A stretch of 64,000 bases of DNA from assembly GCA_004431415.1 (NCBI GenBank), contig QPMI01000408.1:806001-870000 (forward strand), given 5' to 3'. This DNA comes from Cyanophora paradoxa CCMP329 (taxonomy: Eukaryota > Plantae > Glaucophyta). The notes below the pieces were generated by a model. The model was not told the origin of the DNA and searched no databases. It was given only the letters and a program-made list of their open reading frames with translations. The position numbers and the translations under genes are program-made. Below are positions 10,701 through 22,941 of this stretch, in pieces (positions within the stretch are counted from its first letter, which is position 1; each line of letters starts with the position of its first letter).

Positions 10701-13700
10701 TGACTCCTTCGCTTCGTTCGGGGCCGCGACTGCCCCCAAATATGCACCCCGCCCAATTTGAGGGCGGGGAATCCGAATCTGACGCTCCTACGAGCTCGTT
10801 CGTGCTCCTAAGCTCGGCGCGGCGAGCTTGCAATTCTTTGCACATGATCATGAGTCTCTTCACGCGATAAAAGAATATATACTGAGTAAGTGGCACCTAT
10901 GAGCGCCCGTAGACGATATCAGTGCTTGCAACTGTACATGCAGAGTATTTGACTCGAAGCTCAGGTCGCCCGGGCGCAGCTGCGGCGGGGAACAACTCCC
11001 AAATAAAGTTTCTCCCGAGATCAATTTTGAGAGCCGATTCCCAGTACGCCCGTGCCTCTCTAGCTCACTTCCCGGCGGGTGCGAGTCATTCAGTAGCGTC
11101 TTAGACAGGGCCTCGACGTGACTACCGGCTGCCGGGCTTCTACTCGCACGCCCTGCCGCGCGGGAAGATCCTGAACAGCCCGCCAAAAATTATGGCGACT
11201 CGCCCTCCGGATCCAAAATAATGCGCCGCGCGCTACGAGCTAGCGCCGGGCCTCCGGCGACCTCAGAATCAAATCCAGCACCTTCAAGAACCCCCGGGAG
11301 CGTCTCCGCGCCCGGATGTAACTTGTCAGATAAGATGTTTTACTTGGTGATATTCGCCGACTAGGCCGCTTGGTGGCAGGTTGGCAGTCGACGTCTCAAG
11401 TAGCGCCCTCGACCTGACTCCTTCGCGTCGTTCGGGGCCGCCGCGGCGCGACTGCCCCCAAATATGCACCCCGCCCAATTTGAGGGCGGGGAATCCGAAT
11501 CTGACGCTCCTACGAGCTCGTTCGTGCTCCTAAGCTCGGCGCGGCGAGCTTGCAATTCTTTGCACATGATCATGAGTCTCTTCACGCGATAAAAGAATAT
11601 ATACTGAGTAAGTGGCACCTATGAGCGCCCGTAGACGATATCAGTGCTTGCAACTGTACATGCAGAGTATTTGACTCGAAGCTCAGGTCGCCCGGGCGCA
11701 GCTGCGGCGGGGAACAACTCCCAAATAAAGTTTCTCCCGAGATCAATTTTGAGAGCCGATTCCCAGTACGCCCGTGCCTCTCTAGCTCACTTCCCGGCGG
11801 GTGCGAGTCATTCAGTAGCGTCTTAGACAGGGCCTCGACGTGACTACCGGCTGCCGGGCTTCTACTCGCACGCCCTGCCGCGCGGGAAGATCCTGAACAG
11901 CCCGCCAAAAATTATGGCGACTCGCCCTCCAAAATAATGCGCCGCGCGCTACGAGCTAGCGCCGGGCCTCCGGCGACCTCAGAATCAAATCCAGCACCTT
12001 CAAGAACCCCCGGGAGCGTCTCCGCGCGGCGCCCGGATGTAACTTGTCAGATAAGATGTTTTACTTGGTGATATTCGCCGACTAGGCCCCTTGGTGGCAG
12101 GTTGGCAGTCTCAAGTAGCGCCCTCGACCTGACTCCTTCGCTTCGTTCGGGGCCGCGACTGCCCCCAAATATGCACCCCGCCCAATTTGAGGGCGGGGAA
12201 TCCGAATCTGACGCTCCTACGAGCTCGTTCGTGCTCCTAAGCTCGGCGCGGCGAGCTTGCAATTCTTTGCACATGATCATGAGTCTCTTCATGCCATAAA
12301 AATATACTGAGTAAGTGGCATCTATGGGCGCCCGTAGACGATACCGCGCCCGCCGCCGGCCGCGCCTCCTGGGGCCGCCCCGCCCGGCGTGCGGCGCCCG
12401 CCGCCCGCTGTGCCTCCGCCCCGCCCGCCGGCCCTGTCGCCGCCCGCCGAGCCTCCGCCCCGCCCCGCCGGCCCTGTCGCCGCCCGCCGAGCCTCCGCCC
12501 CGCCCCGAGAGCCGCGTCCACCGCCCGCCGCCTGCTGCGCCTTCGCTCCGCCCCGCATGCTGCGTCCGCCGCCCGCCGCGCCTCCTGAGACTCTGAAACC
12601 GCCCCGCCCGTCGAGTCGCCGCCGCCGCCCGCCGCGCCTCCGCCCCTTCCTGCGAGCCGCCGCCGCCGCCCGCCGCGCCTCCGCCCCGCCCGTCGAGCTG
12701 CGCGGCCGCCCGCGGCGCCTCCGCCCGCCCGTCGAGCCGCGCGGCCGCCCGCCGCGCCTCCGTTCCGCCCCGCGAGCCGCGCGGCCGCCCGCGGCGCCTC
12801 CGCCCCGCCCGTCGAGCCGCGCGGCCGCCCGCCGCGCCTCCGTTCCACCCCGCGAGCCGCGCGGCCGCCCGCCGCGCCTCCGTTCCGCCCCGCGAGCCGC
12901 GCGGCCGCCCGCCGCGCCTCCGCCCTGCCCCGCGAGCCGCGCGGACGGGGGCGGCGGGGCGGCGGGGGGGCGCACGGCGGCGGCGGTGAGGGCGGCGAGG
13001 GCGCGGTTCGAGACGCCCATGCGGCTCACGTCGAGCCGCTCCAGGCTGCGCGCGCCCCGCCCGTCGGCCCAGGCCCGGCCCGGAGCGGGGCGGGGCGGGG
13101 CGGGGCAGGGCGGGCGGGCCTTGCGGCGTGCACGGCGATCGCGAGGCCGGCCTCGTCCGCCACGCCCCTGCGCGGGGCTCGCCGGGCCGGCGCGGGGCGG
13201 AGCTGGGCTCGCGGGGCGGGGCGCACGGGCAGTCCGGGAGGAGGGCGGCGAGGCGTGGCAAAGCGCCCATGGTCGCCGCCACCGCCCCGTCCTCCAGCCA
13301 CCCGCTGCCCCGCCCGCTCGCTGGCGATGTAGTAGAAGCTCCCAAACTGCGACGATCCGAGGCGGGCTCACCCGTCCCGGCGGTCTGGGCCTCGTAAGCC
13401 ACGTGCTCGCGCGTCGCTGGCCCAATGCTGTGCTTGGCAGGCGCACCCGAGGCGACCGCCGATCGGGAGGTTGCGTCGGTCCGCGCGCTCACGCAACGTC
13501 CTGCCAGTCCAGAGTCAGAGGCACTGTGTTAGCATCTCAAAGGGACGCTCTATGCACCGAAACATGCGAGAGAGCTCCGCCGGCGACCAGAACCGCATCC
13601 GCGGCCGGCGTGCACCTCAACCCTCCAAATCGACCGCGGGGCTGTCTAGTAGAGATACTGCGGACGTAAGTGAGCTGAAAGCCACGCAAAGAAGCCGGCC

Positions 13701-16700
13701 AGCGCGGCGAAGTCGCCCGGCGCGGGGTTGCGGGCCGGGTCGATCTAGCTGTGGATCGGCGCGGCGCAAGGACGACGCCACGGAGGGAGCTGGACCCGTA
13801 GTTACAAGCTCGCGTGCTCGTAGCTGCCGCGCGCTGCGTGCTGCGAGCACCCGCGAAGTTGACGCAGCGGGCGGCGCTGCGAGCGAGGGCCGCAAGAGCC
13901 GCTGGCATTCGCTTCAGATGGCCTCGACAAGCTGTACTACGGCGCGGCTGCCGCGGCGGCCCTGCCGCTGTGGGCCTCGCAAGCCTTTTTTCCCCATCAG
14001 TCGTGTACCCCAAACGTGCTGCCTTCAAGTGCCTTGCTGCCAGCAGCTGCAGCCTCGACGGAAGGCTGCCGCGCGGACGCGCTTCACTCTCACAGCGGGT
14101 CGGTTCGTTGGCTCCTCCGGGGTCTCGCAGCGCTGCCCGCGTCTCTGATGCCGCTTTTCAAACCAGGTCGAACGGACTTGCTGCCGCCGCAGCGAACATC
14201 GTCAGCTTCCAGCGCGAACGATGCTCGAAGGTACTTTCTTGCATCCTCTGCCCCTCTCGCCGCCTGTCGCCCGCCTGATTTCAAACGCAGAGCGTTGCTT
14301 CAGGGCGGCTGGCTCCCGGTTGCGGCCGCGAACGCTCGCGAACGCATCGCTGTCGACCTCCTTGTTGCCTTTGTTGTCCATTCCTCCCGCGGCTGTCGCC
14401 AATGGGCGTTCTGCCGCTGACAGGCACGCGCGGCACGTAGGCGGTGGCTGCGGAGGCGAAGCAAGGTGCTTTTCGTTTCCTCTCCTTTGATTCAATCCCT
14501 CACTCCGCTGGCGGGCCAGGGAGCGGGCGTGACTGGTCCCCGCGAGCAGAAGACCACCGCCCAGTTCGCTTGGCGACTTCTTCCGCAGGCCAGGTGCTCG
14601 CTCTTGTCTCCGCTGCTTGCCCATTGATCTTGTTGTAACGCCGGCGGCGTGCGCAGCGCAGCGCATGCCGCTCTCCGCCGGACGTGTGGCTGCTGGCGCT
14701 CTCGAAGTTCATGCTTGCGGCCGCTCGGGCGCAGGTGCGGTCGTTTGCCGGCGCGCACGCTTCTTTTCTTTCGATTGACTCTCCGAGCGCAGCGAGCGCT
14801 TCGCCCTCGCCCTCGCCCTCGCCCTCGCGGTCGCGGTCGCGGGAATCCTGGCCGCGGGGCAAGCTCGAGCCGGTCTGCTGCTCCCTCTCCTGGCCGAGGT
14901 GCTCAGCGGCCCGTTCGGTTCCGCCTCGATTCGAGCGCTCGCTAACCGCGATGCGCACAGCGCAGCGGGCTCGGCGAGGTGCCGCACGACCTACAGCGCG
15001 CGCGGGCCGCATCGCTTCACGCCCTCCCCTCCCACGTGAATCCCTAGTCGCGTCCCCCCCGGTCCCTTTCCTTGCTGGCCCGCACGCATACTTTTGCGTA
15101 GCCGCCGCTAGGCTATGCAGAGGAGCGGCAGGCAGCGAAATTCAGTTTCAGTTTCCGTTTCAGTTTGTACAGCCTAGTTGAGTTCGCCATCGAGAGAATT
15201 TCAGTTTCAGTTTCAGTGTGTGCAGCCTAGACGAGCCCACCAGCGGCCAGTAAGATGTATTCACAGTCAGAATCGTAGATAGGTAGATAGATAGATCATC
15301 CCCCAAAGAATCAGATACCACGCTTTGATATATTTCTAGCCAGAACGCGTACGCCAGAGCCAGCCTGGCAAATCTTTGGTGGCGATCTGGCTCTAGATCT
15401 CTAGTTCTGCTAGCTGGGCGAGAACTGGGCTAGCCATGGCTCTCTAGTAGCCGGGCTGAGAAGTGGGCGGGGAATGACGCCCTCCGTCGGCGTACGCATA
15501 TACGTATATATATATACGTATACTGGTACGCTAGTCCGGTGCGCGGCTCCGATCGTCACTTTTGGCTCCCGGGCGGTGCGTTCTGGTGCAGCTTGGACAC
15601 AGTGCCGTGAACCGACGCGTACCAACGGTACGGTAGCGTACCGACGTGTACCAAACGAGTCCGCCGCGTACCAAACGCACCGACGGTGCAGCGGCCGTAC
15701 CGACGGTGCGCGGTACAGTGGGCGGTACGAACCTGGTACGACAACGTACCTATTTTGTACCTATTTTGCACCGAACGTACCTGGAGCCAAAAGTGACGAT
15801 CTAGTGGGGCCCACGTTCCCGTCGCGGGCGATGCGGCGGCCGCGGCGTGCTGGGCGAGCCAGACGAGGTCCGGCGGGCCGTTGCCCGCCAGCAGCGCCGC
15901 GCGCGTGGCGGCCCAGGGGTCAGCCGGTGGGACGAACGGGGGCCCGGCCGGTGGCTGGGGCGGCGCCTGGCCGGGCTGGGTGGCGGCGTGGGGCGCATAG
16001 TGCGGGGCGGGCTGCGCCGCGGGTGTTGCCGACGGGGCGGGAGGACGGCCAGCAGATGGCGGGCGGCCGCCGCGAGCGGTTTCGCGCCGGCGGCGGCCTG
16101 GGCCTCCTCGCGGGAGCGCTGGATGGCGGCCAGGCGCTCGGACTCTGCCGCAGCGTGAGAGGCGCGCGGCGAGGCGGGGTACGGGGCGAACCCGTGAGGG
16201 GCGGTGGGAGCCGCACGATCTCCTTGGTGGCGGAGCGCCGCTTCGGGGCGGCCGCCACGACCTTGGGCTCCGGGTCGGGGTCCGAGTCGTCTTCGGACTC
16301 CTCGCCCTCGTCGCCCGAAGCGGGTGGCGGGGGTGAGGCCGCGCGGCGCCGCTGGGGCGGGCCCCAGTCGTCGTCGGAGAAGTCGTCTTCCGGGACGACC
16401 GGGCGGCGCTTGCGCTTCGCCGGCTTGGCCGGGCGCGGGGCCGGCTCCTCAGGCGCCTCCTCCTCGGCGGAGGAGGCGGGCTTGGGCGGAGCCGTGCGGC
16501 GCGGCTGTGCCGGCGCCTTCGTCTTCTTCTTCGGCTTCTCCGCCGGAGGCGGGGCCGAGCCTTCGTCGCCGGTCGCGGCGTCCGCCGCCTTCAGCGGGGG
16601 CGGTACGCGCTTCCGTCCCGTCGGAGGAAGCGAGCGCTTCGCCGGCGCCGGTGGCGGGGCGGACGAGCTGGAGGCGCCGGGGCGGAGCCCGAGGCGGGGG

Positions 16701-19700
16701 CGTCCGGCTCGGCGGGAGCCGGAGCGTCGGCGCCGGCGTCGACGTCGATGACGTCGGCCGCTGGTTTGCGCAGCCGAGTTGACCCGCGGGCGGCCGAGCG
16801 TAGAGGCTACGGCCCTTCCTGCCCGGGGAGTTCCAGGCCTCCTCGATCGCCCCGAGATGGAAGTGCGTCTCCGCGAGACCCCAAGGCTCAACGAGCTGGT
16901 CCCATGGAATCTACGCCGGAGTGAGGTGTAGCGAGGGGTGCCGGGCGAGGGCGGTTCAGGCGGACCTCGCTGTCGGGCAGGTCCAGCGGCTGAAGGCTTG
17001 CCGGCCAGGAGCGGGACGGTGCGGCCCGCGACGGGCCGGGGCACAGGCCAAGGGCGGCGGCGTAGTCGTTGCGCAGGGCGGTGCGCAGCTCCGCGATGCC
17101 GGAGGCCGCGCCCTGTTCTTGCCCGGTGAAGGCCCGCACGAAGTCGCGGAACCAGGGCTGCAGGCCGGTTCCAAACGCCTTGGAGAACTTCTGTTTCTCC
17201 TGCAAGGCCGTGAGGTCGGTTCGGCGGGAGAGCGATCGCGGCCGTACCGAGTCGTGAAGCCAGGCGTGGATCATGCCGGCGCCCGCGAGGCCGGCCGCGA
17301 ATTCCCACGGCAGGAGTTCGTGCGTGACGCGCCAGGCCGCGTCGTCGTCAAAACTCGCGGCCGGGAAGACGAGCGGAACGCCGAGCGGGTAGGCCAGCGT
17401 GTGGAACTCGAAGAGCTCGAGCTGGCGCGCGCCGGTGGGACCGAAGGCCCGGAGGGCGTGAAGGACCGTGGGGACGTCGCCGAGGCGGGAGTGGAGTGTG
17501 CCCACTCCTCCTGGGTGATGCCCAGGTCGGCGAGGTTGACGCCGGTGGCTTCGAGGCCCGAGTAGTCGTCCTTGGAGTGGATCGCGACGCAGATCGACCC
17601 GCGCGACTGGCCGATGACGCGGATCACGTAGACCGGCACGAGCACGGCAAGAAAAGCGTGCGAGGCGTCGAACTCGGGTCGTCGGAGAACTGGCGCGGAA
17701 TGAGAGCCGCCTGCGAGGGTGTGCCCGGCGCGGCGTACCGCGAGGCGCGGGACTGTCTGAGAGCCCGCGAAGGGGAACGGCGGGAAGTAGCCGGTGAGGC
17801 GGAGAAACTTGCTGCACGCGAGGAAGCGGGAGCGCCGCGGCAGGTCGCGCCAGTAGACCCAGGCCCCCATCCCCGCCTTCGTGAAAGGGGGGGACTTGTC
17901 GAGCAACTCGGCCGCCAGCAGGTTCTGGCCTGCGGATCGTCGTAAGCGACGCAGCGAGGTGGCGGGAGGAGGCCCCGAGCGAGGGTCTAGTGGGGTTCGG
18001 TGGCGGCGGCGCTGCCGCGGCGCAGCCGCGGGGCGGGGCGTCAGCGCTGGCTGGCGGGGCCGGACTCCGTCGGGGACGGGGGCGGGCCGCAGCGAGGGCC
18101 GCGCGCGGCGTCCGCACTCCGAGTAGAGGGTCCGCCGCGCGAGGCGCCCGCGGGCCGTCCCGCAGCGCGAGGCGCACGCGGGGTTGAAAGTCCAGGGTAG
18201 GAGTTGCCGGCCGAGGGAGGGGCCGGTGCCGCCGCAGCAGCCCGGGGTCACAGCGAGACGCACGCGGCCCCGGAACTCCTTGCACGGGGCCCACAGCGCC
18301 GAGCGCTCGCGGGCGGTCTCACAGCGAGGCGCTCGCGAGACCCGTGCTCCTGGTCGAAGTTCGCCGGCCGCCGGCGCGGCCGGGCTCCGTCGGGGACGGG
18401 GCGGGCCGCAGCGAGGGTCGCGCGCGGCCTCCAAACTCCGAGTAGAGGGCCCGCAGCGCGAGGCGCCCGTGGGCCGTCCCGCAGCGCGAGGCGCACGCGG
18501 GGTTGTATGCCAGGGGGAGTTGCCGGTTGAGGGGGAGGGTCGGCGCCGCGGTCGCAGCCCGGGGCCACAGCGAGACGCGCGCGGCCCTGGAACTCCTTGC
18601 ACTGGGCCCACAGCGCCGAGCGCTCGCGGGTGGTCTCGCAGCGATGCGCTCGCGAGACCCGTGCTCCTGGTCGAAGTTCGCCGGTCGCAGGTGCGGCCGG
18701 GCTCCGTCGGGGACGGTGTGGGCCGCAGCGAGGGTCGCGCGCGGCCTCCGAACTCCGAGAAGAGGGCCCGCAGCGCGAGGCGCCCGCGGGCCGTCCCGCA
18801 GCGCGAGGCGCACGCGGGGTGAAGGCCGGGTTGGGAGTTGCCGGCCGCAGGGGCGGCCGGCGCCGCGGTCGCAGCCCGGGGTCACAGCGGGACGCACGCG
18901 ACCCCGGAACTCCGTGCACGGGACCCACAGCGCTGGGCGCTCGCGGGCAGTCTCACAGCGAAGTGCTCGCGAGACCCGTGCTCCTAGTCGAAGTTCGCCG
19001 GCCGCGGGCGCGGCCGGACTCCGTTGGGGACGGGGCGGGCCGCAGCGAAGGTCGCGCGCGGCCTCCGGCCTCTGAACTCCGAGTAGAGGGCCCGCAGCGC
19101 GAGGCGCCCGCGGGCCGTCCCGCGGCGCGAGGCGCACGCGGGGTTGAAGGCCAGGTTGGGAGTAGCCGGCCGCGGGAGCGGCCGGTGCCGCGGTCGCGGC
19201 CCGGGGCCACAGCGGAATGCACGCGGCCCCGGAACTCCTAGCACGGGGGCCCACAGCGCGACGCGCCCGCGGGCCCGTCTCACAGCGAGGTGCTCGCGAG
19301 AACCGTGCTCCTGGTCGAAGTTCGCCGGCCGCCGGCGCGGCCGGGCTCCGTCGGGGACGGGGCGGGCCGCAGCGAGGGTCGCGCGCGGCCTCCGAACTCC
19401 GAGTACGGGGCCCACAGCGCGCACGCTCGCGGGCCGTCCCGCAGCGCGAGGCGCACGCGAGGACCGTACTCCGTCGTCTCCCCGGGTCGCGCGAGCGGCC
19501 CGGGCACCGGCCGCCGGGGAGTTGTGAGACCAGCCCCGATCGACGGCGGTGGGCCTACAGCGCGAGCGCACGCGGGCCGAGGCGATCCTGCGCGGAAGCC
19601 GCCGGGGCGCCGATGATGCGCGGCCGGTCGTCGCGTCGAGGCGGTCTCGACATGCGCGCAGGTGGTGGTCAGCCAACCGCCGGGAATCAGGTGGCGAGGT

Positions 19701-20043
19701 GCGGTAGCCGCTTAAACGGAAAAGAGAGGCCGGCGGCCGCGGATTGACGATGGGCCCCCGGAATAGCCTTCGCTATACGCTAGCGAGGCGGGCGAGCCCG
19801 GTCGTGAACCTACGTACCGCCGTGGCAGTAAGGAACCAAATCTAAGCGGGAACCGCCACCCGCCGACGATTCCGGCAGGATTGCTGGTGAGAGGGTGCCT
19901 TCGGGCCAGCCGTCTACGCAGAACTGCTGCACGGTTGCTGCTGCGCGGTTGCGCCGCAGGTAATCCTCGGCTAGTGGGCTCCAGTTGACGCCTGGGAGGC
20001 CCGTGGCCGGAAGAGCTGGGATGGTCGGCGGTCGTGCCGACAT
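4754..20043 (-). CDS. Spliced gag-like ORF1, copy 1, disrupted by insertion 6088-15803
   Basis: Predicted introns 17690-17738, 17200-17247, 16911-16965, 16145-16191 and 4933-4985, possibly 17930-19817. Splicing joins GC3-rich frames from ATG 20043 to TAG 4754, apart from a few homopolymer shifts. Confidence 0.6.
6088..9300 (+). repeat. Left inverted arm of foldback element (~3.2 kb)
   Basis: Reverse complement of ~12590-15803 (mirror ORFs, coordinate sum 21891); few SNPs. Confidence 0.92.
8950..9410. repeat. 40-bp GC-rich minisatellite, ~11 copies (mirror copy at ~12600-12945)
   Basis: GGAGGCGCGGCGGGCGGCCGCGCGGCTCG... at 8968, 9008, 9048, 9088, 9128, 9168, 9208. Confidence 0.9.
9460..12345. 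repeat. Tandem array of four ~702-722-bp units in the foldback core
   Basis: Marker G(A/G)GCGCCCGTAGACGATA at 9491, 10199, 10901, 11623, 12326. Confidence 0.95.
12590..15803 (-). repeat. Right inverted arm of foldback element
   Basis: Reverse complement of 6088-~9300. Confidence 0.92.
18060..19460. repeat. ~320-bp diverged tandem repeats (~4.5 copies) in the retrotransposon 5' region
   Basis: CTCCGT(C/T)GGGGACGG at 18065, 18385, 18702, 19020, 19346; also at 35100-36500. Confidence 0.9.
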
Positions 20044-20075
20044 GGTGAGCTGGCGTGCTAGAAGTGCTGGCTGTG

Positions 20076-20391
20076 GCGATTTCGCTTCGCCGCTGGTCGC
20101 TTCGTGGCCTGGAGCGGCCGCGAGCGAAGCTGGGCGTGAAGGGAAACCCCGAATCAGCGTACCCCCCGGAGCTCGGCGGCTTCAAGCCCGCCGGCTCGGC
20201 CCAACGGCTAGCTCAGCTAGTCCCTTGCGGGACGCTCGCTGCAGCCTGCTGCTTATCCCGTGCTCGCCTCGCGCCGCTCCGCGGCTAGCGAGTCGCTCAG
20301 CTCTTTTGTGCCTGGCGCTCGGCTACGGTCTTCTTTGTTCGCATTCCGTCGGCGCAAAACTCGATTTACGCATTGAGAGCGCAAATCCCGA
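20076..20391. repeat. Repeat A1 (5' end of copy 1)
   Basis: Matches 507-822. Confidence 0.95.
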
Positions 20392-22941
20392 GGTACGGCG
20401 CATCGGCCGACTCGGAGGTGGACGGCGTGGTCTCAGAGACCGTGAGGGCGAGCTTCAGGCGCTGGAGCGTGCCAGAGCTCCAGAGCTGGCGGAGGGCGTT
20501 CAACAGCGCGGCGCGCTTGTCGGGAGCCCCGCCCCACCACACGTCAGTGCCGGGCACCGACGGGGGCTGGGGCGCCTGCGGGAGGCGCGGCATAGCGAGC
20601 CACAGCAAGGTGCCGAGCGGCACCCAGCAGGCTTGCGCGAGCTCAGCGGAGTCGTCAGCGCGGGCGACGGCGTGGCCCTGCTGCGCTTCGACCTTGACAG
20701 AAAACAAGGGATTGCCATCCGAGCCCGTGGCGCGCTGGCCGACGCGCGTGCCGACAATGGAACGCGTGTCGGGAGACAGGAGAACTTCGCGCAGGAAGTC
20801 ATAGACCGCGGGCACCAGCAGGACATGGTGCGGAATCTCGGCGGCGGTTTTCGGGTCGGCCGCGACGGAGGCGGCCGGACGGCGCATCATGATATGCGAA
20901 ACCATGGCCAGCACGAAGCCGGCGAGAATGCCTGCGAGGCGCTCGCGAACAGGGACGGCTTCCCACGTGTTCGGCGGCGGGTGCGCGGGCTCCGGGGGCG
21001 CATTGCGGCCCGGGGCATGCTCGTGCTTGCGGGCATTCAAATTTTCGCGGCCAAGCGCGTAAACGCGCTGAGGGAGGCCAGCAAGGTGGCGATCAGTCTC
21101 TCCAGCGGGCGGGGAGTGCATAGCCGTGTGGGTCGGGCCGCTACAAGCCGTCGCCTCCACCGAGCCAGTCGGTTGGGCGAGGACCATCTCATGGAAGGTG
21201 CGCAGGTTTGTGAAGACATCTTGCGCGTTGCGCGACAAGGCGGGGTCGCCTGGGACGAGGGCGCGGAATCCGGCCGCCCTGTTTCTCACGGGAGAGAGGA
21301 TACCGGCGGCGCGCCCGAAGCGGCCTTCGCGGTATGCGCGCAGCTGTGCATCAAGCCGCTCGCGATTGAAATGCCCATGCGTGGCGTGCGTGCTGATGGC
21401 ACAATGGGTCCCCCGGAAGATGTGAATGAGGATTGAGTTCAGGCAAAGGTATGCCGAGAGCCAAGGGCTAGCATTCTCGCGCGAGGCGCTCGGCTGCGAG
21501 GCAAGCCAGCGCATGACGTCGTGGGGAATGCCGGCCATTGTCGGGGCATACAGGGCGCCTTGCACTGCCGCAGCCGACAGCGAAGCGGTCGCAATGGGGC
21601 CCTCGATGCCGTAAAGCATCATGCAGGCGGGTATGCCGCGGTTGTGACCGGGCACGTTCGAGAGAATCGTGGCCACGAGCGCATGGAAGGCAGAGTAAGC
21701 ATCATGCCCATCCGGGTGATAGAGGCAGCTAGCCGGCGGCACTGCTCGAGGCACGGCGTTCGGGCCGGCCGAGTCTTTGCTGGTGGCAGTGGCAGCATCC
21801 GCGACGGCCGTCGCCGCAGTCAGCGGGAGCGTCGGGAAGAACGGGAGCGCGGCCCAGTGGGACGCGTTGGTAACAACGCTCGCGAGCTGGGGCTCGGGGT
21901 CGGCTAAGAGGCGGAGGAAAGCGTTGCTCACCCTCACGCGCTCATCCTTTGCGTCGTACCAGGTCCCGGGCTCGGCTTCCGGGGCGACCTTGCCCTTTTC
22001 TTTGCGGTCGGTGACGGGCGGCGCGCTCGGGCCGGGGACGGCGTCGGCGAGCGGGGTCTGCCACTGAATGTGGGACTCAGACCGCTTCGTGCGCCCGTCA
22101 GTGTCGCTGTCGGCGTTGCCGGCGGCGACGACAGCATCGAGCGATGGGCTGGGAGGCTGCGGGGCGTCGGCGCCGGCCTCTGCATCAGCGCCAGCCGCTG
22201 CATCAGTTTGCATAGGCTCCGCGGAAGGGGCCGCGGGCGTCACGGGCGCGGGCGCGCGGAGATCAGCCATAGGAGGCTCCCAAACGCCGGCATTTGCGAG
22301 CATGGCGGCGTAAGAGGGCTGCGCGAGCCAAGAGCGAGAGTCGTCATACGCCGCCAGATCCATGACGTTGGAGCAAGGCTCGCGGTCCGACTGCTCAGCC
22401 GCGGTGTTGAGCTTCGCGGACAGATAGGGCAAGCGGGCCTCGTCATAATAAAAGGCGACGTCTTCCGGCAGCTTCTGCTGCTCGGGCGGGACATAGTCCG
22501 TATACCCGGCCTCAGGCTGGTGCGGCCAGGCGCCAACCAGCCATCGCGCATGCGAGGGCACGGGGTCGACGACAGTGAGAGGGGGGCCCTTGCCCTTCGT
22601 AGCGGGGTCGCGGTTCGCGACGTAGTACGGCGGGAGCGCGCGCACGTCCATCTGGTGGCGGTCCAAGAAGAACGTGTCCCAGTACTCGCTATTCCAGTCG
22701 TCGACGTTGGCCGGGAAGCCATGGATAGGCAGGATGCGACCGTCGCGGAGCGCGTGCAGCTCCCAGGTGGCGACGGCGCGGCGCAGTGCGGCGTAATTGG
22801 CGGGGTGCCGATCAGGCATTCGCAGCTGCGGCTCGAAAGTGTTCCAGATAGGCAGCCGCCCGCGCGCGTGCCACTGGTCGAAGCGCTTCCACGGGGGCTG
22901 GTTGAGCTTGATGGCCTTGATGCGGAACCGGTAGTCCGCGC
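20392..22941 (-). CDS. Long intronless ORF (~850 codons) of unknown function, 3'-truncated by copy 1, in frame with the last FN3 exon
   Basis: ORF 20366-22819 extends upstream without a stop to the acceptor at 22942 (GADYRFRIKAIKLNQPPW...MPDRHP). Confidence 0.65.

Larger units (their letters stand above)
6088..15803. mobile_element. Non-autonomous giant foldback DNA element, 9716 bp
   Basis: Termini TAGATCGTCACTTTTGGCTCCAGG / CCTGGAGCCAAAAGTGACGATCTA; GTGGG duplicated at 6083-6087 and 15804-15808; empty site visible in copy 2 (~32837). Confidence 0.92.
1..20391 (-). mobile_element. DIRS-order (PAT/Ngaro-type, split direct repeat) YR retrotransposon, copy 1; 3' end lies ~0.7 kb left of the window; interrupted by a foldback element
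   Basis: RT, RNase H and YR motifs; repeat A at 507-822 and 20076-20391; near-identical to 26766-37429 once 6088-15808 is removed; ends at ...GCGCAAATCCCGA(20391). Confidence 0.93.

Noticed and set aside
6340-15550. Numerous Arg/Ala/Pro-rich ORFs in the foldback arms and core
   Set aside because: Products of high GC and repeats; mirror-duplicated, with no motifs or clear codon bias
6088-15803. Foldback as a read-chimera artefact
   Set aside because: TSD, empty site in copy 2, arm SNPs, flipped loop and asymmetric core argue it is real, though reads should confirm
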